Source of the DNA: Oligoflexales bacterium
GTDB taxonomy: Bacteria; Bdellovibrionota_B; Oligoflexia; Oligoflexales; Bog-1112
Direction of reading: 5' to 3'
Assembly (NCBI GenBank): GCA_045106415.1
Contig: JBGCEP010000028.1
Span: 32,001 to 96,000 of the forward strand
Length of the DNA: 64,000 nt
Position numbers and translations under genes: made by a program. How positions within the stretch are numbered: position 1 is the first letter of the stretch; each line of letters begins with the position of its first letter. The notes under the pieces were generated by a model, which saw only the letters and a list, made by a program, of their open reading frames with translations, ran no database searches and had not been told where the DNA came from. Positions 21,295 to 31,068 of this stretch are shown one piece after another.

Positions 21295-21360
21295 AATAAA
21301 CCTATTGCCACTTTTTCAAATCCTTGCTAACTTTTGAAAAAATTTTCAAAAGGTTTTAAA

Positions 21361-22392
21361 ATGAAACATATATTTTTCTCTATCATTATTTTTATCTCTT
21401 CTTTTCCAACCTTTGCATCACCATTTCTTAAAGTTTGTGAAACCATACGAGAATTTCCGGAATCTTCTTCATTATCTGTAAAAACAACACAAACCTTTTT
21501 AGCACTTGAAAAACTCTCTGAAAAAACAAGCTGTCAAGAAATATGGGATGATCTTCTAGAAAAAGATTATTTAAGTCTTAACTCCAAAGGAATTTCAGAC
21601 TTACAATTATTACAGGGTTTGCAACCTACTTATCTTTTTCTTCAGAACAACCAAATCACATCTCTGTGGGGCTTAGAAAATATGCACTCACTCAGAGTTC
21701 TTTCGCTAGAAAAAAACAACCTTCAAGATATAAGTCTTCTTTCAAACTTAAATCTTTATACTTTAAATGTTGCTCAAAATCCTTTGTCGATCGAAGGCTT
21801 GTTCGCTATTAGTGAAATGCCTTTTTTATTGGACCTCGACTTTACTGGAACCAACGTAGAAGACGATTCTTTAGAGACAATAATGCTTCGAGCAAGAGTT
21901 TTAGAGAATCGCCATCAAAACAAATCTCTACTCAACACACCAACTCTTCAGTGTGAGCGTTTGCAGCAAATCACCATTGCATCACGCTTATGGAACTTTC
22001 CTCAAATACGGCACGATATTGACAATATCACCATTGATGATTGGGATAAGCTCAAACATGAAGAAAAGAACATTTATAATAAAATCAAAGCGACCTGGAT
22101 TGCGAAAAAAATCACACAATCCTTAGCAGAAAAATTTCTTTTACAAACACAAAAATCCACCCTGCCTCTTGCATTAAAAAGTGCTCTTTCTACAGGCCTA
22201 CAGAATCAATCTATTTTATTAGAAAAAATTCTGAGGCACAAAATATCAAATATTGATCTTTCACATACTGACACCAAACTTTTACTTCATAAAATATCCT
22301 TTCATCATCCTCATCCCACAACATTACACAAATTATTACAAAGTATTCTCACTATAATACTCTCTCACACACAGGGTATAGACGAGCATTAA
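21361..22392 (+). CDS. Secreted leucine-rich repeat protein
   Basis: Signal peptide, two-Cys cap, LxLxxNxI repeats (LFLQNNQITSLWGLE, LSLEKNNLQDI). Confidence 0.85.
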   Translation: MKHIFFSIIIFISSFPTFASPFLKVCETIREFPESSSLSVKTTQTFLALEKLSEKTSCQEIWDDLLEKDYLSLNSKGISDLQLLQGLQPTYLFLQNNQITSLWGLENMHSLRVLSLEKNNLQDISLLSNLNLYTLNVAQNPLSIEGLFAISEMPFLLDLDFTGTNVEDDSLETIMLRARVLENRHQNKSLLNTPTLQCERLQQITIASRLWNFPQIRHDIDNITIDDWDKLKHEEKNIYNKIKATWIAKKITQSLAEKFLLQTQKSTLPLALKSALSTGLQNQSILLEKILRHKISNIDLSHTDTKLLLHKISFHHPHPTTLHKLLQSILTIILSHTQGIDEH

Positions 22393-22456
22393 AACACTCT
22401 CTCAATCTCATTTTTCTCCATTGTTGTTTTTCTTACTCATCAAAGGAGAAGACGCT

Positions 22457-22726
22457 ATGATTCAATTTCAAAGCCTTTGTCACAAGTTGATGAAAATGAT
22501 CTTTCTGCTTTTTTTTCAAGAAATCAACACTCCTATTAGACCTTGCAATTTATATGGGTCCCAAGAAAACATGATTCGAAAAAAAGTTAAAAAACGACTT
22601 CAGCAGATTCAAAATGATTTTCCTTCAATTCAACAAAGCCTCATGACTGCTCAAAAAAATATTCGCGCATCACAGCTTGCCGACATCAAGCACTGGAAAC
22701 ACCAAATTGGAAGCAAAGATCGTTAA
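22457..22726 (+). CDS. Small hypothetical protein
   Basis: ATG 22457 behind AAGGAG; fills the intergenic space. Confidence 0.5.
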   Translation: MIQFQSLCHKLMKMIFLLFFQEINTPIRPCNLYGSQENMIRKKVKKRLQQIQNDFPSIQQSLMTAQKNIRASQLADIKHWKHQIGSKDR

Positions 22727-22821
22727 AATAAAAAGTGATCCTCACAGCTCTCAGCAGAGCAACCATTGAAAGCTATATAAACAACTGATATGTTGTTATT
22801 TATCTAAATCTTCTTATAAGG

Positions 22822-23871
22822 TTGCTGCTTATGCAATCCTCAGAACTCAGAGCACAAAGTGTATGTTTATTCATCATAGCAACCATGTGCGTTGCAACGA
22901 GCTTGATCTTTTTAAGATCAATGATGATCCCTTTTGTTATTTCCATCTTTTTATTCCTGCTTTTAACACCACTTCTTCGTTATCTTAGAATCAGCTTAAA
23001 TCTAGGACAAGTCACATCATTAGCAATCACTTTCCTCGGTGTGAGCTGCATCACGCTCATTCTTGTCTTATTTGGTGTCTACTCTGTACAAAATGTTTTG
23101 TTTGATACAGAAATATACCAATCAAAGCTCAATGACTTTCTGCCTAAAATCCAAGAAATGCTCAATGATTCTCCTCTCGCAGCCAAGCTCGACATCAAGT
23201 CGATACAAGCACAGCTTGACCAACTCCCTTTATGGGGAATTGCGCAAAGCTTAGCGAGTAGCTTTGCTAAAATTCTAAGCAACGCTCTTATTATTGTTAT
23301 TTTCTTACTTTTCTTATTGGCAGGCTATATTCCTACAAGTGAAAAATCACCAGTCTATGAAGAGATCACAGCTAAGATTCAAAGATATATTACAACAAAG
23401 CTCTTAACCTCACTTGTGACAGCGCTCTGTGTTGGAACTATTTATAACTTCTTAGGTATGGACCTTGCTTTTACATTTGGTCTTGTTGCATTTCTTCTCA
23501 ACTTTATACCCTCGCTGGGCTCTATCGTTGCGACTTTAATTCCTTTACCTATTGCATTTTTGCAATTTGGGTTTACAAGTCCATTTTGGATTTGCCTTTC
23601 AATTCCTTCTGCTATTCAAATCACGATCGGTAACATCATTGAGCCTAAAATGATGGGTGACAGCCTTGGCCTACATCCAGTTTCTATTTTAACAGCTCTT
23701 ATGTTTTGGGGAGCTATTTGGGGATTTACAGGCATGTTTCTCGCAGTGCCTATGACATCATGCCTTCAGATTGTCATGGAACAAATCCCTCTAACTCGCC
23801 CTCTAGCATCTATTTTATCTGGAAAATTTGATAATTTGCTTCCTGTTTATACAACAGAAGAAAACTCATAA
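22822..23871 (+). CDS. AI-2E family transporter
   Basis: Multi-[36 protein letters not shown]. Confidence 0.92.
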   Translation: MLLMQSSELRAQSVCLFIIATMCVATSLIFLRSMMIPFVISIFLFLLLTPLLRYLRISLNLGQVTSLAITFLGVSCITLILVLFGVYSVQNVLFDTEIYQSKLNDFLPKIQEMLNDSPLAAKLDIKSIQAQLDQLPLWGIAQSLASSFAKILSNALIIVIFLLFLLAGYIPTSEKSPVYEEITAKIQRYITTKLLTSLVTALCVGTIYNFLGMDLAFTFGLVAFLLNFIPSLGSIVATLIPLPIAFLQFGFTSPFWICLSIPSAIQITIGNIIEPKMMGDSLGLHPVSILTALMFWGAIWGFTGMFLAVPMTSCLQIVMEQIPLTRPLASILSGKFDNLLPVYTTEENS

Positions 23872-23882
23872 AAGGACTTCAA

Positions 23883-25583
23883 ATGAAACGCACATTCTCA
23901 AAAAAAACACAGGAATTCTTGGAACAATATGCTTCTCACCCTCACTACAAAGCTCCTACTGGTACAACTCTTCACGCAAAATCATGGCAAACAGAGGCAC
24001 CTTTAAGGATGCTCTTGAATAACCTCGATCAAGAAGTCGCTGAAGACCCCAAAAACCTCATTGTATACGGAGGGACTGGTCAAGCAGCACGATCTCAAGA
24101 AGCTCTCCACGACATCATAGAAGCTTTACTAGAGCTTGATAACAACCATAGTATTCTTGTCCAATCAGGTAAATATGTTGGCAGAGTCAGAACTCACCCA
24201 GAGTCCCCTAGGGTTTTTATTGCAAATAGCAATTTAGTTCCTCACTGGGGCAACTGGGAGCATTTTCATAAGCTTTACGAGCAAGGGCTTATGATGTACG
24301 GACAGATGACAGCAGGTAGCTGGATCTACATTGGGACACAAGGAATTCTTCAAGGTACGTATGAGACTTTCGCAGCAGCTGCTCGCCAAGAGTTTGGGGG
24401 TACACTCGAAGGAAAATTAGTCGTCACAGGCGGCTTGGGAGGAATGGGAGGAGCTCAACCACTTGCTGTCACTATGAACAGCGGGGTTTGTCTGGCTGTT
24501 GACATTGATCCAGAACGCATTCAAAAACGACTTGATACCCGCTATATTGATCGTATGACTGATCACTATGAAACTGCAATTCAATGGTCACTAGAAGCTC
24601 AAAAGAATAAAAAGCCGCTTGCTATTGGCTTAGTTGGAAATATTACAGACGTTCTTTGCAATCTTATTAAAGATGGTATCACCCCTGATTTAGCAACTGA
24701 CCAAACTTCTGCCCACGACCCTATCTATGGCTACGTTCCACAAAACCTTAGTTTACAAGACGCTGTATCACTGCGAGAAACAGACCCTCAATCTTATAAG
24801 CAAAAATCTATTCACAGCATGGCTGAACACGTCAATGCTCTTCTCACTTTAAAAAAGAAGGGAAGTATTGTTTTTGATTACGGCAATAACCTCCGTGAGT
24901 TTGCAAAACAAGGTGGTGCAGAGCGTGCTTTCGACATTCCTGGTTTTGTTCCGGAGTATATTCGACCTCTTTTTTGTGAAGGACAAGGCCCTTTTCGATG
25001 GGTCGCTTTATCTGGAGACCCTTCAGATATTCACACAACTGATCAAGCTCTTTTAGATCTTTTTCCTGAAAACAAACACCTCAAAAACTGGTTAGCAAAA
25101 GCTCATAATCAAATTGAATTTCAAGGCCTTCCTGCCCGTATCTGCTGGTTAGGAATGGGTGATAGAGAAAAAGCTGGTGTACGATTTAACCAACTTGTTG
25201 CAGAAGGTAAACTCAAAGCACCGATCGTGATCGGTAGAGACCACCTCGACACAGGCTCTGTTGCATCTCCTTTTCGTGAAACAGAAGGTATGAAAGATGG
25301 AAGCGACGCTGTCTCTGACTGGCCTCTTTTAAACCTCATGAGCAACTGTGGTGGAGGGGCCACGTGGGTCTCATTTCACCATGGTGGAGGAGTCGGTATG
25401 GGTTATTCACAACACGCCGGAATGGTCACTGTAGCTGATGGATCTTTTCGTGCTGAACAGTGTCTCAAAAGAGTTTTGCATAACGATCCAGCAATGGGAA
25501 TCGTAAGACATGCAGACGCAGGCTATGATACCGCCCTTCAATACCAAAAAGACTTTCAACTCAAAGAGTGGGCTGATTCATGA
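23883..25583 (+). CDS. hutU: Urocanate hydratase
   Basis: [52 protein letters not shown]. Confidence 0.98.
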   Translation: MKRTFSKKTQEFLEQYASHPHYKAPTGTTLHAKSWQTEAPLRMLLNNLDQEVAEDPKNLIVYGGTGQAARSQEALHDIIEALLELDNNHSILVQSGKYVGRVRTHPESPRVFIANSNLVPHWGNWEHFHKLYEQGLMMYGQMTAGSWIYIGTQGILQGTYETFAAAARQEFGGTLEGKLVVTGGLGGMGGAQPLAVTMNSGVCLAVDIDPERIQKRLDTRYIDRMTDHYETAIQWSLEAQKNKKPLAIGLVGNITDVLCNLIKDGITPDLATDQTSAHDPIYGYVPQNLSLQDAVSLRETDPQSYKQKSIHSMAEHVNALLTLKKKGSIVFDYGNNLREFAKQGGAERAFDIPGFVPEYIRPLFCEGQGPFRWVALSGDPSDIHTTDQALLDLFPENKHLKNWLAKAHNQIEFQGLPARICWLGMGDREKAGVRFNQLVAEGKLKAPIVIGRDHLDTGSVASPFRETEGMKDGSDAVSDWPLLNLMSNCGGGATWVSFHHGGGVGMGYSQHAGMVTVADGSFRAEQCLKRVLHNDPAMGIVRHADAGYDTALQYQKDFQLKEWADS

Positions 25584-26794
25584 AAGTTATTGGACCTTTT
25601 TCTGAACTTCTCACGATGAATAACCTTCCCGCAAGTGGTCCCATAAGTGACGACAAACTCGAAGTGGCGAAAGACGTTGGAGTCCTAGTTCATAACGGCA
25701 GAATTGTTGAAATAGACTGTTTTTATAAACTTACAAAACAGCATTCACACATCGAAGAACTTCCACCACAAAGCACAGGGACTCCTGGTTTTATTGATAG
25801 CCATACTCACATTTGTTTTTCTGGCCGTCGAGAAAAGGACTATGCTCGGCGATTGCGTGGTGATACCTATCTCGACATAGCGAAAGCCGGTGGTGGTATT
25901 CAAAGTACAGTTCAAGCCACTCGAAAAGCAACAGAAGACGAACTCTTACAGAGCCTCTTAAAAAGGCTTTCCATCCAAATCAAACATGGCGTAACAACCT
26001 GTGAGGTTAAAAGCGGCTACGGTCTTTCCATTGAATCTGAAATGAAGATGCTGCAAACCATTGCACGAGCACAGCAAAGATCACCAGCGAAAATCGTTTC
26101 AACTTGCTTAGCCGCTCACACTTTACCCCCTGAATTTACAAACAAACAAGAATATCTTCAATTTTTAACAGCAGAATTATTGCCAAAAATTCAACATGAT
26201 AATTTAACAAAACGCATTGATATTTTTATTGAAGAAAGCGCTTTTTCTACTTCTGAGGCGATTCCATATCTTACAGCAGCCAAAGCAATGGGATTTTCTA
26301 TTGTCATACACGCGGACCAATTTAGCCGCGCAGGCTCACAGGTTGCAGCTCAGCTCAATGCACTAAGCGCGGATCATTTAGAGGCATCAGAAGATGAAGA
26401 TTTTAAGAACTTAAAAAAAGCGAATGTCATTCCCATTCTTGTCCCTGGCGCATGCTTTGGCCTTGGACTTCCACTCCCAGAAGCAAGAAAAATTCTTAAC
26501 CATGGTTTAGCCCTCGTCATCGCATCAGATTGGAACCCTGGGAGCGCTCCTATGGGAAACCTTCTTTTACAAGCTGCTGTTTTAGGCTGTCAGCAAAAAA
26601 TGACAATAGCAGAAACTTTTGCTGCCATTACATATCGAGCAGCGAAAGCTTTAGAAGTTGAGCAAGGAATCTTAACCGTTGGAAAAGTCGCAGATATTAA
26701 TGTATTCCCAACAGATAACCACCAAGATATTCTTTATCATCAGGGCATGATGCAGCCTTCTCATGTTTTTACCAACGGAGAAAATCACCTATGA
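25580..26794 (+). CDS. hutI: Imidazolonepropionase
   Basis: [32 protein letters not shown]. Confidence 0.97.
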   Translation: MKVIGPFSELLTMNNLPASGPISDDKLEVAKDVGVLVHNGRIVEIDCFYKLTKQHSHIEELPPQSTGTPGFIDSHTHICFSGRREKDYARRLRGDTYLDIAKAGGGIQSTVQATRKATEDELLQSLLKRLSIQIKHGVTTCEVKSGYGLSIESEMKMLQTIARAQQRSPAKIVSTCLAAHTLPPEFTNKQEYLQFLTAELLPKIQHDNLTKRIDIFIEESAFSTSEAIPYLTAAKAMGFSIVIHADQFSRAGSQVAAQLNALSADHLEASEDEDFKNLKKANVIPILVPGACFGLGLPLPEARKILNHGLALVIASDWNPGSAPMGNLLLQAAVLGCQQKMTIAETFAAITYRAAKALEVEQGILTVGKVADINVFPTDNHQDILYHQGMMQPSHVFTNGENHL

Positions 26795-27756
26795 GCCCTC
26801 TATGGCATCAATTTTATAAACCTTCTCAATTGAGGGGATGGTCACGACGGAAAGACGAACTTCAAAACGAGCGCTTAGGTGATTCAACTGCTTTCTTCGA
26901 CATGACAACCACCCATCATTCCTCTTTTTCCTCTCAGAAAATTGGGATCATAGGCTTCGAGTGTGACGAAGGTGTTTCTAGAAATCAAGGGCGCACTGGA
27001 GCTGCCCAAGGGCCACAAATTCTTCGCCCTTTTCTCTACAACCTCCCTATTCACAAACCACGAGATCTTATCGATTGCGGTAATATTACTTGCCAAAATA
27101 AAAACTTAGAAGCTGCTCAGGCGGCCCTTAGCCAAGCTGTTCAGCATATGCATCAAAACAACATTCTTCCTTGTGTCATCGGTGGAGGCCACGAGACAGC
27201 TTGGGGTCATTTTCAAGGAATTCAAGCTACGCATTCTGAAAAAAAAATTGGCATTATTAATTTTGACGCACATTTTGACATCCGAGCGTTACACCAGAGG
27301 CAAGGTCACTCTGGCACTCCTTTTTTACAAATTCAAGAACTTTTACAAAGCAAAAATAAAAATTTTTCTTATATGTGTTTAGGTATTCAGGAAAGTTCCA
27401 ACACACAATCGCTTTTTCAAAAAGCAACACAATTAAATATTCAATATACCCTTGCCCATGAATTTGAAAATCTTTGTTTTCATAATTTAAATCAATTTAT
27501 AAAATCTTGTGATGGAATCTATTTATCAATTTGTCTTGATGTTTTCAATGCAGCTAATGCCCCTGGGGTCAGCTCTCCGCAACCCTTTGGGGTGCAACCA
27601 TCATCATTTCTAAAAGTGCTACGACATATTCTAGAACAATCAATTTTATTTGGAGTTGATATCGTCGAATTATCACCTAAACACGACACCAACAATCTCA
27701 CAGCAAAACTTGCAAGTCAGATATTCTACAACATCTTTCATTTTATGAATAGTTAA
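26791..27756 (+). CDS. hutG: Formimidoylglutamase (arginase family)
   Basis: DEGVSRNQGR, GGGHET, NFDAHFD, SGTPF, CLDVF; follows hutUI. Confidence 0.93.
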   Translation: MSPLWHQFYKPSQLRGWSRRKDELQNERLGDSTAFFDMTTTHHSSFSSQKIGIIGFECDEGVSRNQGRTGAAQGPQILRPFLYNLPIHKPRDLIDCGNITCQNKNLEAAQAALSQAVQHMHQNNILPCVIGGGHETAWGHFQGIQATHSEKKIGIINFDAHFDIRALHQRQGHSGTPFLQIQELLQSKNKNFSYMCLGIQESSNTQSLFQKATQLNIQYTLAHEFENLCFHNLNQFIKSCDGIYLSICLDVFNAANAPGVSSPQPFGVQPSSFLKVLRHILEQSILFGVDIVELSPKHDTNNLTAKLASQIFYNIFHFMNS

Positions 27757-27990
27757 TTTTATTACCACAAAAGTTAACTTATCATAAAATTTACAGCTAT
27801 TGACCTCACTTTAAAAACAACAAATAGCTTGATAACGATAAAAAATTTTGAATTTTTAATAAAGTAAATTTCTTTAAAAAAAATTTATTCAAATAAAAAA
27901 ATATAAAGAAATATAAAAACCTTTATATTAAGAAAGATAGCTATAAAAAAATTCCCGCCGATTATTTTATCTATTAAAAAACATGAATCT

Positions 27991-28017
27991 TCAATAAAAA
28001 TAACAATAAACCCGATA
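27991..28017 (+). promoter_or_regulatory. Sigma28 (FliA)-type promoter
   Basis: TCAAT-N16-CCGATA upstream of the hybrid kinase gene. Confidence 0.55.
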
Positions 28018-28049
28018 GCCTCAATAGAAGACATAGAGTTGAGGTTTAC

Positions 28050-29204
28050 ATGAAAATTCTTATTTTAGATGATCAGAAATATTACCTTGAGTCTCTTGTC
28101 GATGGTTTAAATGATCTTAACATTGAAATACAAACAACAACAGATCCAAAAAAAGCTTTGAAATTGGTTAAACAACACTCCCAAGATTATGCTGTTTTAT
28201 TAATAGATATCAATATGCCTATTATGAATGGTTTTGAAGTCATACAAAAAATAAATAATTTATCACTAGAATATTACCCTCCTGCTATTTTTTTAACCGC
28301 TGTTCATAATAATCAACAAAATATTCATTATGGCTACAGTAATGGAGCAGTAGACTACTTATTAAAACCCGTGGATTTATTTATCCTTCAATCAAAAATT
28401 TCTATCTTTACAAAACTTTATAAAAGTAGAAATGAAAACAATTTGTTAAATCAACAGTTATCACAAAAAATTTCTGAGCTTGAAAATGCAAATAAAAATC
28501 TACGATCATTTTCTTCTGTCGTAGCAAATGATTTAAAAACTCATGTCCGACAAATCTATAGTTTTAGCGAAATTATGCTGAATAAGAATTTAAAAAAAGA
28601 ATGTTCACTTGATTATTTATCCCGAATTCAACAATGCACATCTCAAATTAAACGAATTATTCATTCTATCAGCATCTTTAGTCAGTATGGATTAGAAAAT
28701 ATTGATAAAAAAACTTCTCACTCTGAAGAAGTCATACAAGAAGGAAAAAAATTTATTCAAAAAGAAATCAATAAATTTGATGTGGAAATAAATATTTCAA
28801 ATCATAGTTATCTTTATTGTGACAAAGAAAAAATGTCTATTGTTTTTCAGAACATCATACAAAATGCTATAAAATATAAAAATCCGAAAAATTCTCCGGT
28901 AATCAACATAAACATTCAACAAGAACCAAAAAAAACAACCATATCATTTACAGATAATGGATTAGGTATCCCAGAAAATAAAACAAAAGAAATATTTAAA
29001 TTTATGGAAAGATTTCATAATCCAGAAAAAATTCCAGGATCTGGCACGGGTTTAACAATATGTGAGCATATTGTTTCAATGCATGGTGGACATATTTGGG
29101 TAGAGTCAGAGCTTAATCATGGAAGTACTTTTTTCATTACCCTTCCAAAGCATCAAGAAAATATTTTGCTTGATAGCAAAAAGCCATCAAGCAAAATAGA
29201 CTAG
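28050..29204 (+). CDS. REC-HisKA-HATPase hybrid protein with H-box His replaced by Asn
   Basis: REC motifs LDD, LLIDINMP, LLKP; H-box VVANDLK; N/G boxes NAIKY, DNGLGI, GTGL. Confidence 0.9.
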   Translation: MKILILDDQKYYLESLVDGLNDLNIEIQTTTDPKKALKLVKQHSQDYAVLLIDINMPIMNGFEVIQKINNLSLEYYPPAIFLTAVHNNQQNIHYGYSNGAVDYLLKPVDLFILQSKISIFTKLYKSRNENNLLNQQLSQKISELENANKNLRSFSSVVANDLKTHVRQIYSFSEIMLNKNLKKECSLDYLSRIQQCTSQIKRIIHSISIFSQYGLENIDKKTSHSEEVIQEGKKFIQKEINKFDVEINISNHSYLYCDKEKMSIVFQNIIQNAIKYKNPKNSPVININIQQEPKKTTISFTDNGLGIPENKTKEIFKFMERFHNPEKIPGSGTGLTICEHIVSMHGGHIWVESELNHGSTFFITLPKHQENILLDSKKPSSKID

Positions 29205-29344
29205 TTACAATGATCATCGCACTCTTCACAACAATCACAACTTGCATATTCGCAGGTGTCACACCCGCAATGAGTAACAGAAAATCCTGGGTTCGCAGGG
29301 ACCATTAACGCGACCAACGATAGTTTTTTCAAAAGGTTCTTCAT
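29201..29344 (-). CDS. 47-aa exported Cys-rich metallothionein-like peptide (not in ORF track)
   Basis: Hand translation MKNLLKKLSLVALMVPANPGFSVTHCGCDTCEYASCDCCEECDDHCN; GAGGAG RBS 6 nt before ATG; ECF-type promoter upstream. Confidence 0.8.
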   Translation of the reverse strand: MKNLLKKLSLVALMVPANPGFSVTHCGCDTCEYASCDCCEECDDHCN

Positions 29345-29403
29345 CTCAAACTCCTCTAAATAAATTATTTATAAACCTTCTCACTCAAAGGCTTTTCATG
29401 AAC

Positions 29404-29432
29404 TATACTCAAATGATGACGAAAGTGTGACA
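29404..29432 (-). promoter_or_regulatory. ECF sigma-type promoter for the Cys-rich peptide
   Basis: TGTCACA-N17-GTATA, same boxes and spacing as the copy at 29960-29988. Confidence 0.75.
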
Positions 29433-29439
29433 TAGTGAC

Positions 29440-29934
29440 TCATAAAAATTTAAATCTCGCTTTAACAGCTTCATCTAAAAGAACTCCCCACGACTTAAAG
29501 CTTATATAAGCACTTAATGACCACATGAAAACATGCGGAACATCATTCATAACAGATCCGTTCATGTAAATTAAAAAAGCAAAAAAATTTAAAAATATAA
29601 AGAGAATAAAATGATAACTCCATATCACATGGCGGAATAAAAAACGGGAACAGATCCCTTTCAGTATCACGATAGGGGCCAATGTAAAAATCATTCCGCA
29701 CAAAATAGAGCAGCGGATAGATCCATACCTAGAATGAACCATATGCATCGTATCTTGTGCCATACGACTTAGCCCAAGACCAAATTGTCCACAAAAAATC
29801 ATAGATAAAAAGCCACCAAGAAAAATAGATAAACCTAGGCGCCATGTCACAGACCAAACACTAGGGTGCAGGTCTTGATGCACATACTTATAAATTTCTT
29901 CAACTTTAGTTTGATCAATTTTAGGAGCAACCAT
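29440..29934 (-). CDS. Four-TM protein with CxQFG and CxxxCG motifs; candidate anti-sigma factor or metal sensor
   Basis: Hydrophobic helices, IFCGQFG and RCSILCG; divergent from csoR-ECF. Confidence 0.65.
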   Translation of the reverse strand: MVAPKIDQTKVEEIYKYVHQDLHPSVWSVTWRLGLSIFLGGFLSMIFCGQFGLGLSRMAQDTMHMVHSRYGSIRCSILCGMIFTLAPIVILKGICSRFLFRHVIWSYHFILFIFLNFFAFLIYMNGSVMNDVPHVFMWSLSAYISFKSWGVLLDEAVKARFKFL

Positions 29935-29959
29935 AATTTATCCTAGATGATTCTAAATA

Positions 29960-29988
29960 TATACACTCATCGCTCAAAATTTGTGACA
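29960..29988 (-). promoter_or_regulatory. ECF sigma-type promoter for the candidate anti-sigma gene
   Basis: TGTCACA-N17-GTATA, 25 nt upstream of the ATG. Confidence 0.75.
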
Positions 29989-30001
29989 TTTGACAAAAAC
30001 T

Positions 30002-30031
30002 TTGACCCACCATACCCCCCAGGGGTATATT
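30002..30031 (+). promoter_or_regulatory. Sigma70 promoter with CsoR operator in the spacer
   Basis: TTGACC (30002-30007) N18 TATATT (30026-30031); pseudo-palindrome ATACCCC-CCA-GGGGTAT at 30012-30028. Confidence 0.85.
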
Positions 30032-30037
30032 GTTATC

Positions 30038-30319
30038 ATGGATAAAAATGTATTTGCAAAAAAAACATCAGCAAGATTAAACCGAGCACTAGGTCAAGTC
30101 AAAGCAATTGGCAGCATGATTGAGAATGATGATTATTGTATTCATATCATCAGGCAAATTCGCGCTGCTAAATCAGCTTTAAATGCTCTTGAGCTTCTTT
30201 TACTAAATAGGCACATGCAAACTTGTGTTCGCACAGCATTTCAGCATGAAGATCCCGTCACCTCAGAAGAAAAAATTGATGAAATCATTTCTCTACTTAA
30301 AGAAGCACGAAAGTCATGA
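30038..30319 (+). CDS. csoR: CsoR/RcnR family metal-sensing repressor with Cu(I)-type C-H-C ligands
   Basis: RLNRALGQVKAI, DYCIHIIRQIRAAKSAL, RHMQTCV; start moved to ATG 30038. Confidence 0.9.
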   Translation: MDKNVFAKKTSARLNRALGQVKAIGSMIENDDYCIHIIRQIRAAKSALNALELLLLNRHMQTCVRTAFQHEDPVTSEEKIDEIISLLKEARKS

Positions 30320-30825
30320 ATAAAAAAAACTGCACGAACGAAGATCTTTTAAGGTTTTATTCTCAAGGAGATTTTGCGAGTTTTGATATTTTTTTCAAAA
30401 GAAACAGTCATATGATTTTTATGTTTATCTTCAGCAGAAGTGGAAATAAAGCTGACTCAGAAGATATTCTCCAAGAAACATTTTTTAAAATCCATAAGTA
30501 TATTCACACATTTAACCCAGAAAAAAATGCATTGAATTGGGTTTTCACAATCGCTATGAACACTCTTATCACACACCATAAATCTCGAAACAAACACCTA
30601 CCTCACTTTGATGAAATAAGTGCATCTTCTCCACACAGTCAAATTGAAGCTCGCAATGAATTACAAAAAATATTGGCAACATTATCTCATCACGAATCTT
30701 CTTTAATCATAGAAAAATTCCTTCTTGGAAAAGACTCTCATGAGATGAGTGAAACTTTTAAATCACCTGCTCCAAATATTCGAAAAAAATTATCTCGCCT
30801 TCTACAAAAAATCAGGTACTCATAA
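30316..30825 (+). CDS. ECF RNA polymerase sigma factor
   Basis: DSEDILQETFFKI, NWVFTIAMN, region-4-like C-terminus; ATGA overlap with csoR. Confidence 0.9.
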   Translation: MNKKNCTNEDLLRFYSQGDFASFDIFFKRNSHMIFMFIFSRSGNKADSEDILQETFFKIHKYIHTFNPEKNALNWVFTIAMNTLITHHKSRNKHLPHFDEISASSPHSQIEARNELQKILATLSHHESSLIIEKFLLGKDSHEMSETFKSPAPNIRKKLSRLLQKIRYS

Positions 30826-30971
30826 GCAATACCAACTAGAAAAAAGATCAGCAAAAAAACTCACTCACATCTCTAAACAAGTTTACTTCATAATTCTTAA
30901 ACAACATACAACACCTTAATAATTAAAGAGAAAATAAGACTTTCGTCAAAAACTTGCCAATACCTCAAGTC

Positions 30972-30995
30972 ATCGTTTAAGTTATGTTAAACGAT
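30972..30995. promoter_or_regulatory. Palindromic operator, copy 1 (perfect)
   Basis: ATCGTTTAA-gttatg-TTAAACGAT upstream of azurin. Confidence 0.8.
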
Positions 30996-31014
30996 TTGAG
31001 CTTTTCAGCCGATA
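30988..31014 (+). promoter_or_regulatory. Sigma28 (FliA)-type promoter of the azurin operon
   Basis: TAAAC-N16-CCGATA; the -35 box lies in the right arm of the palindrome. Confidence 0.6.
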
Positions 31015-31068
31015 GGGCTGTTAGGTTCAATTATATCTTTTCAATCCTTTGAATCTTAGGAGCTTTCT

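Noticed and set aside
29990..30037. N-terminal extension of CsoR in the ORF track
   Set aside because: It runs through the promoter and operator; the family-like sequence starts at ATG 30038
30316..30825. CorE-type copper-activated ECF sigma
   Set aside because: No C-terminal Cys-rich domain; only one Cys in the protein
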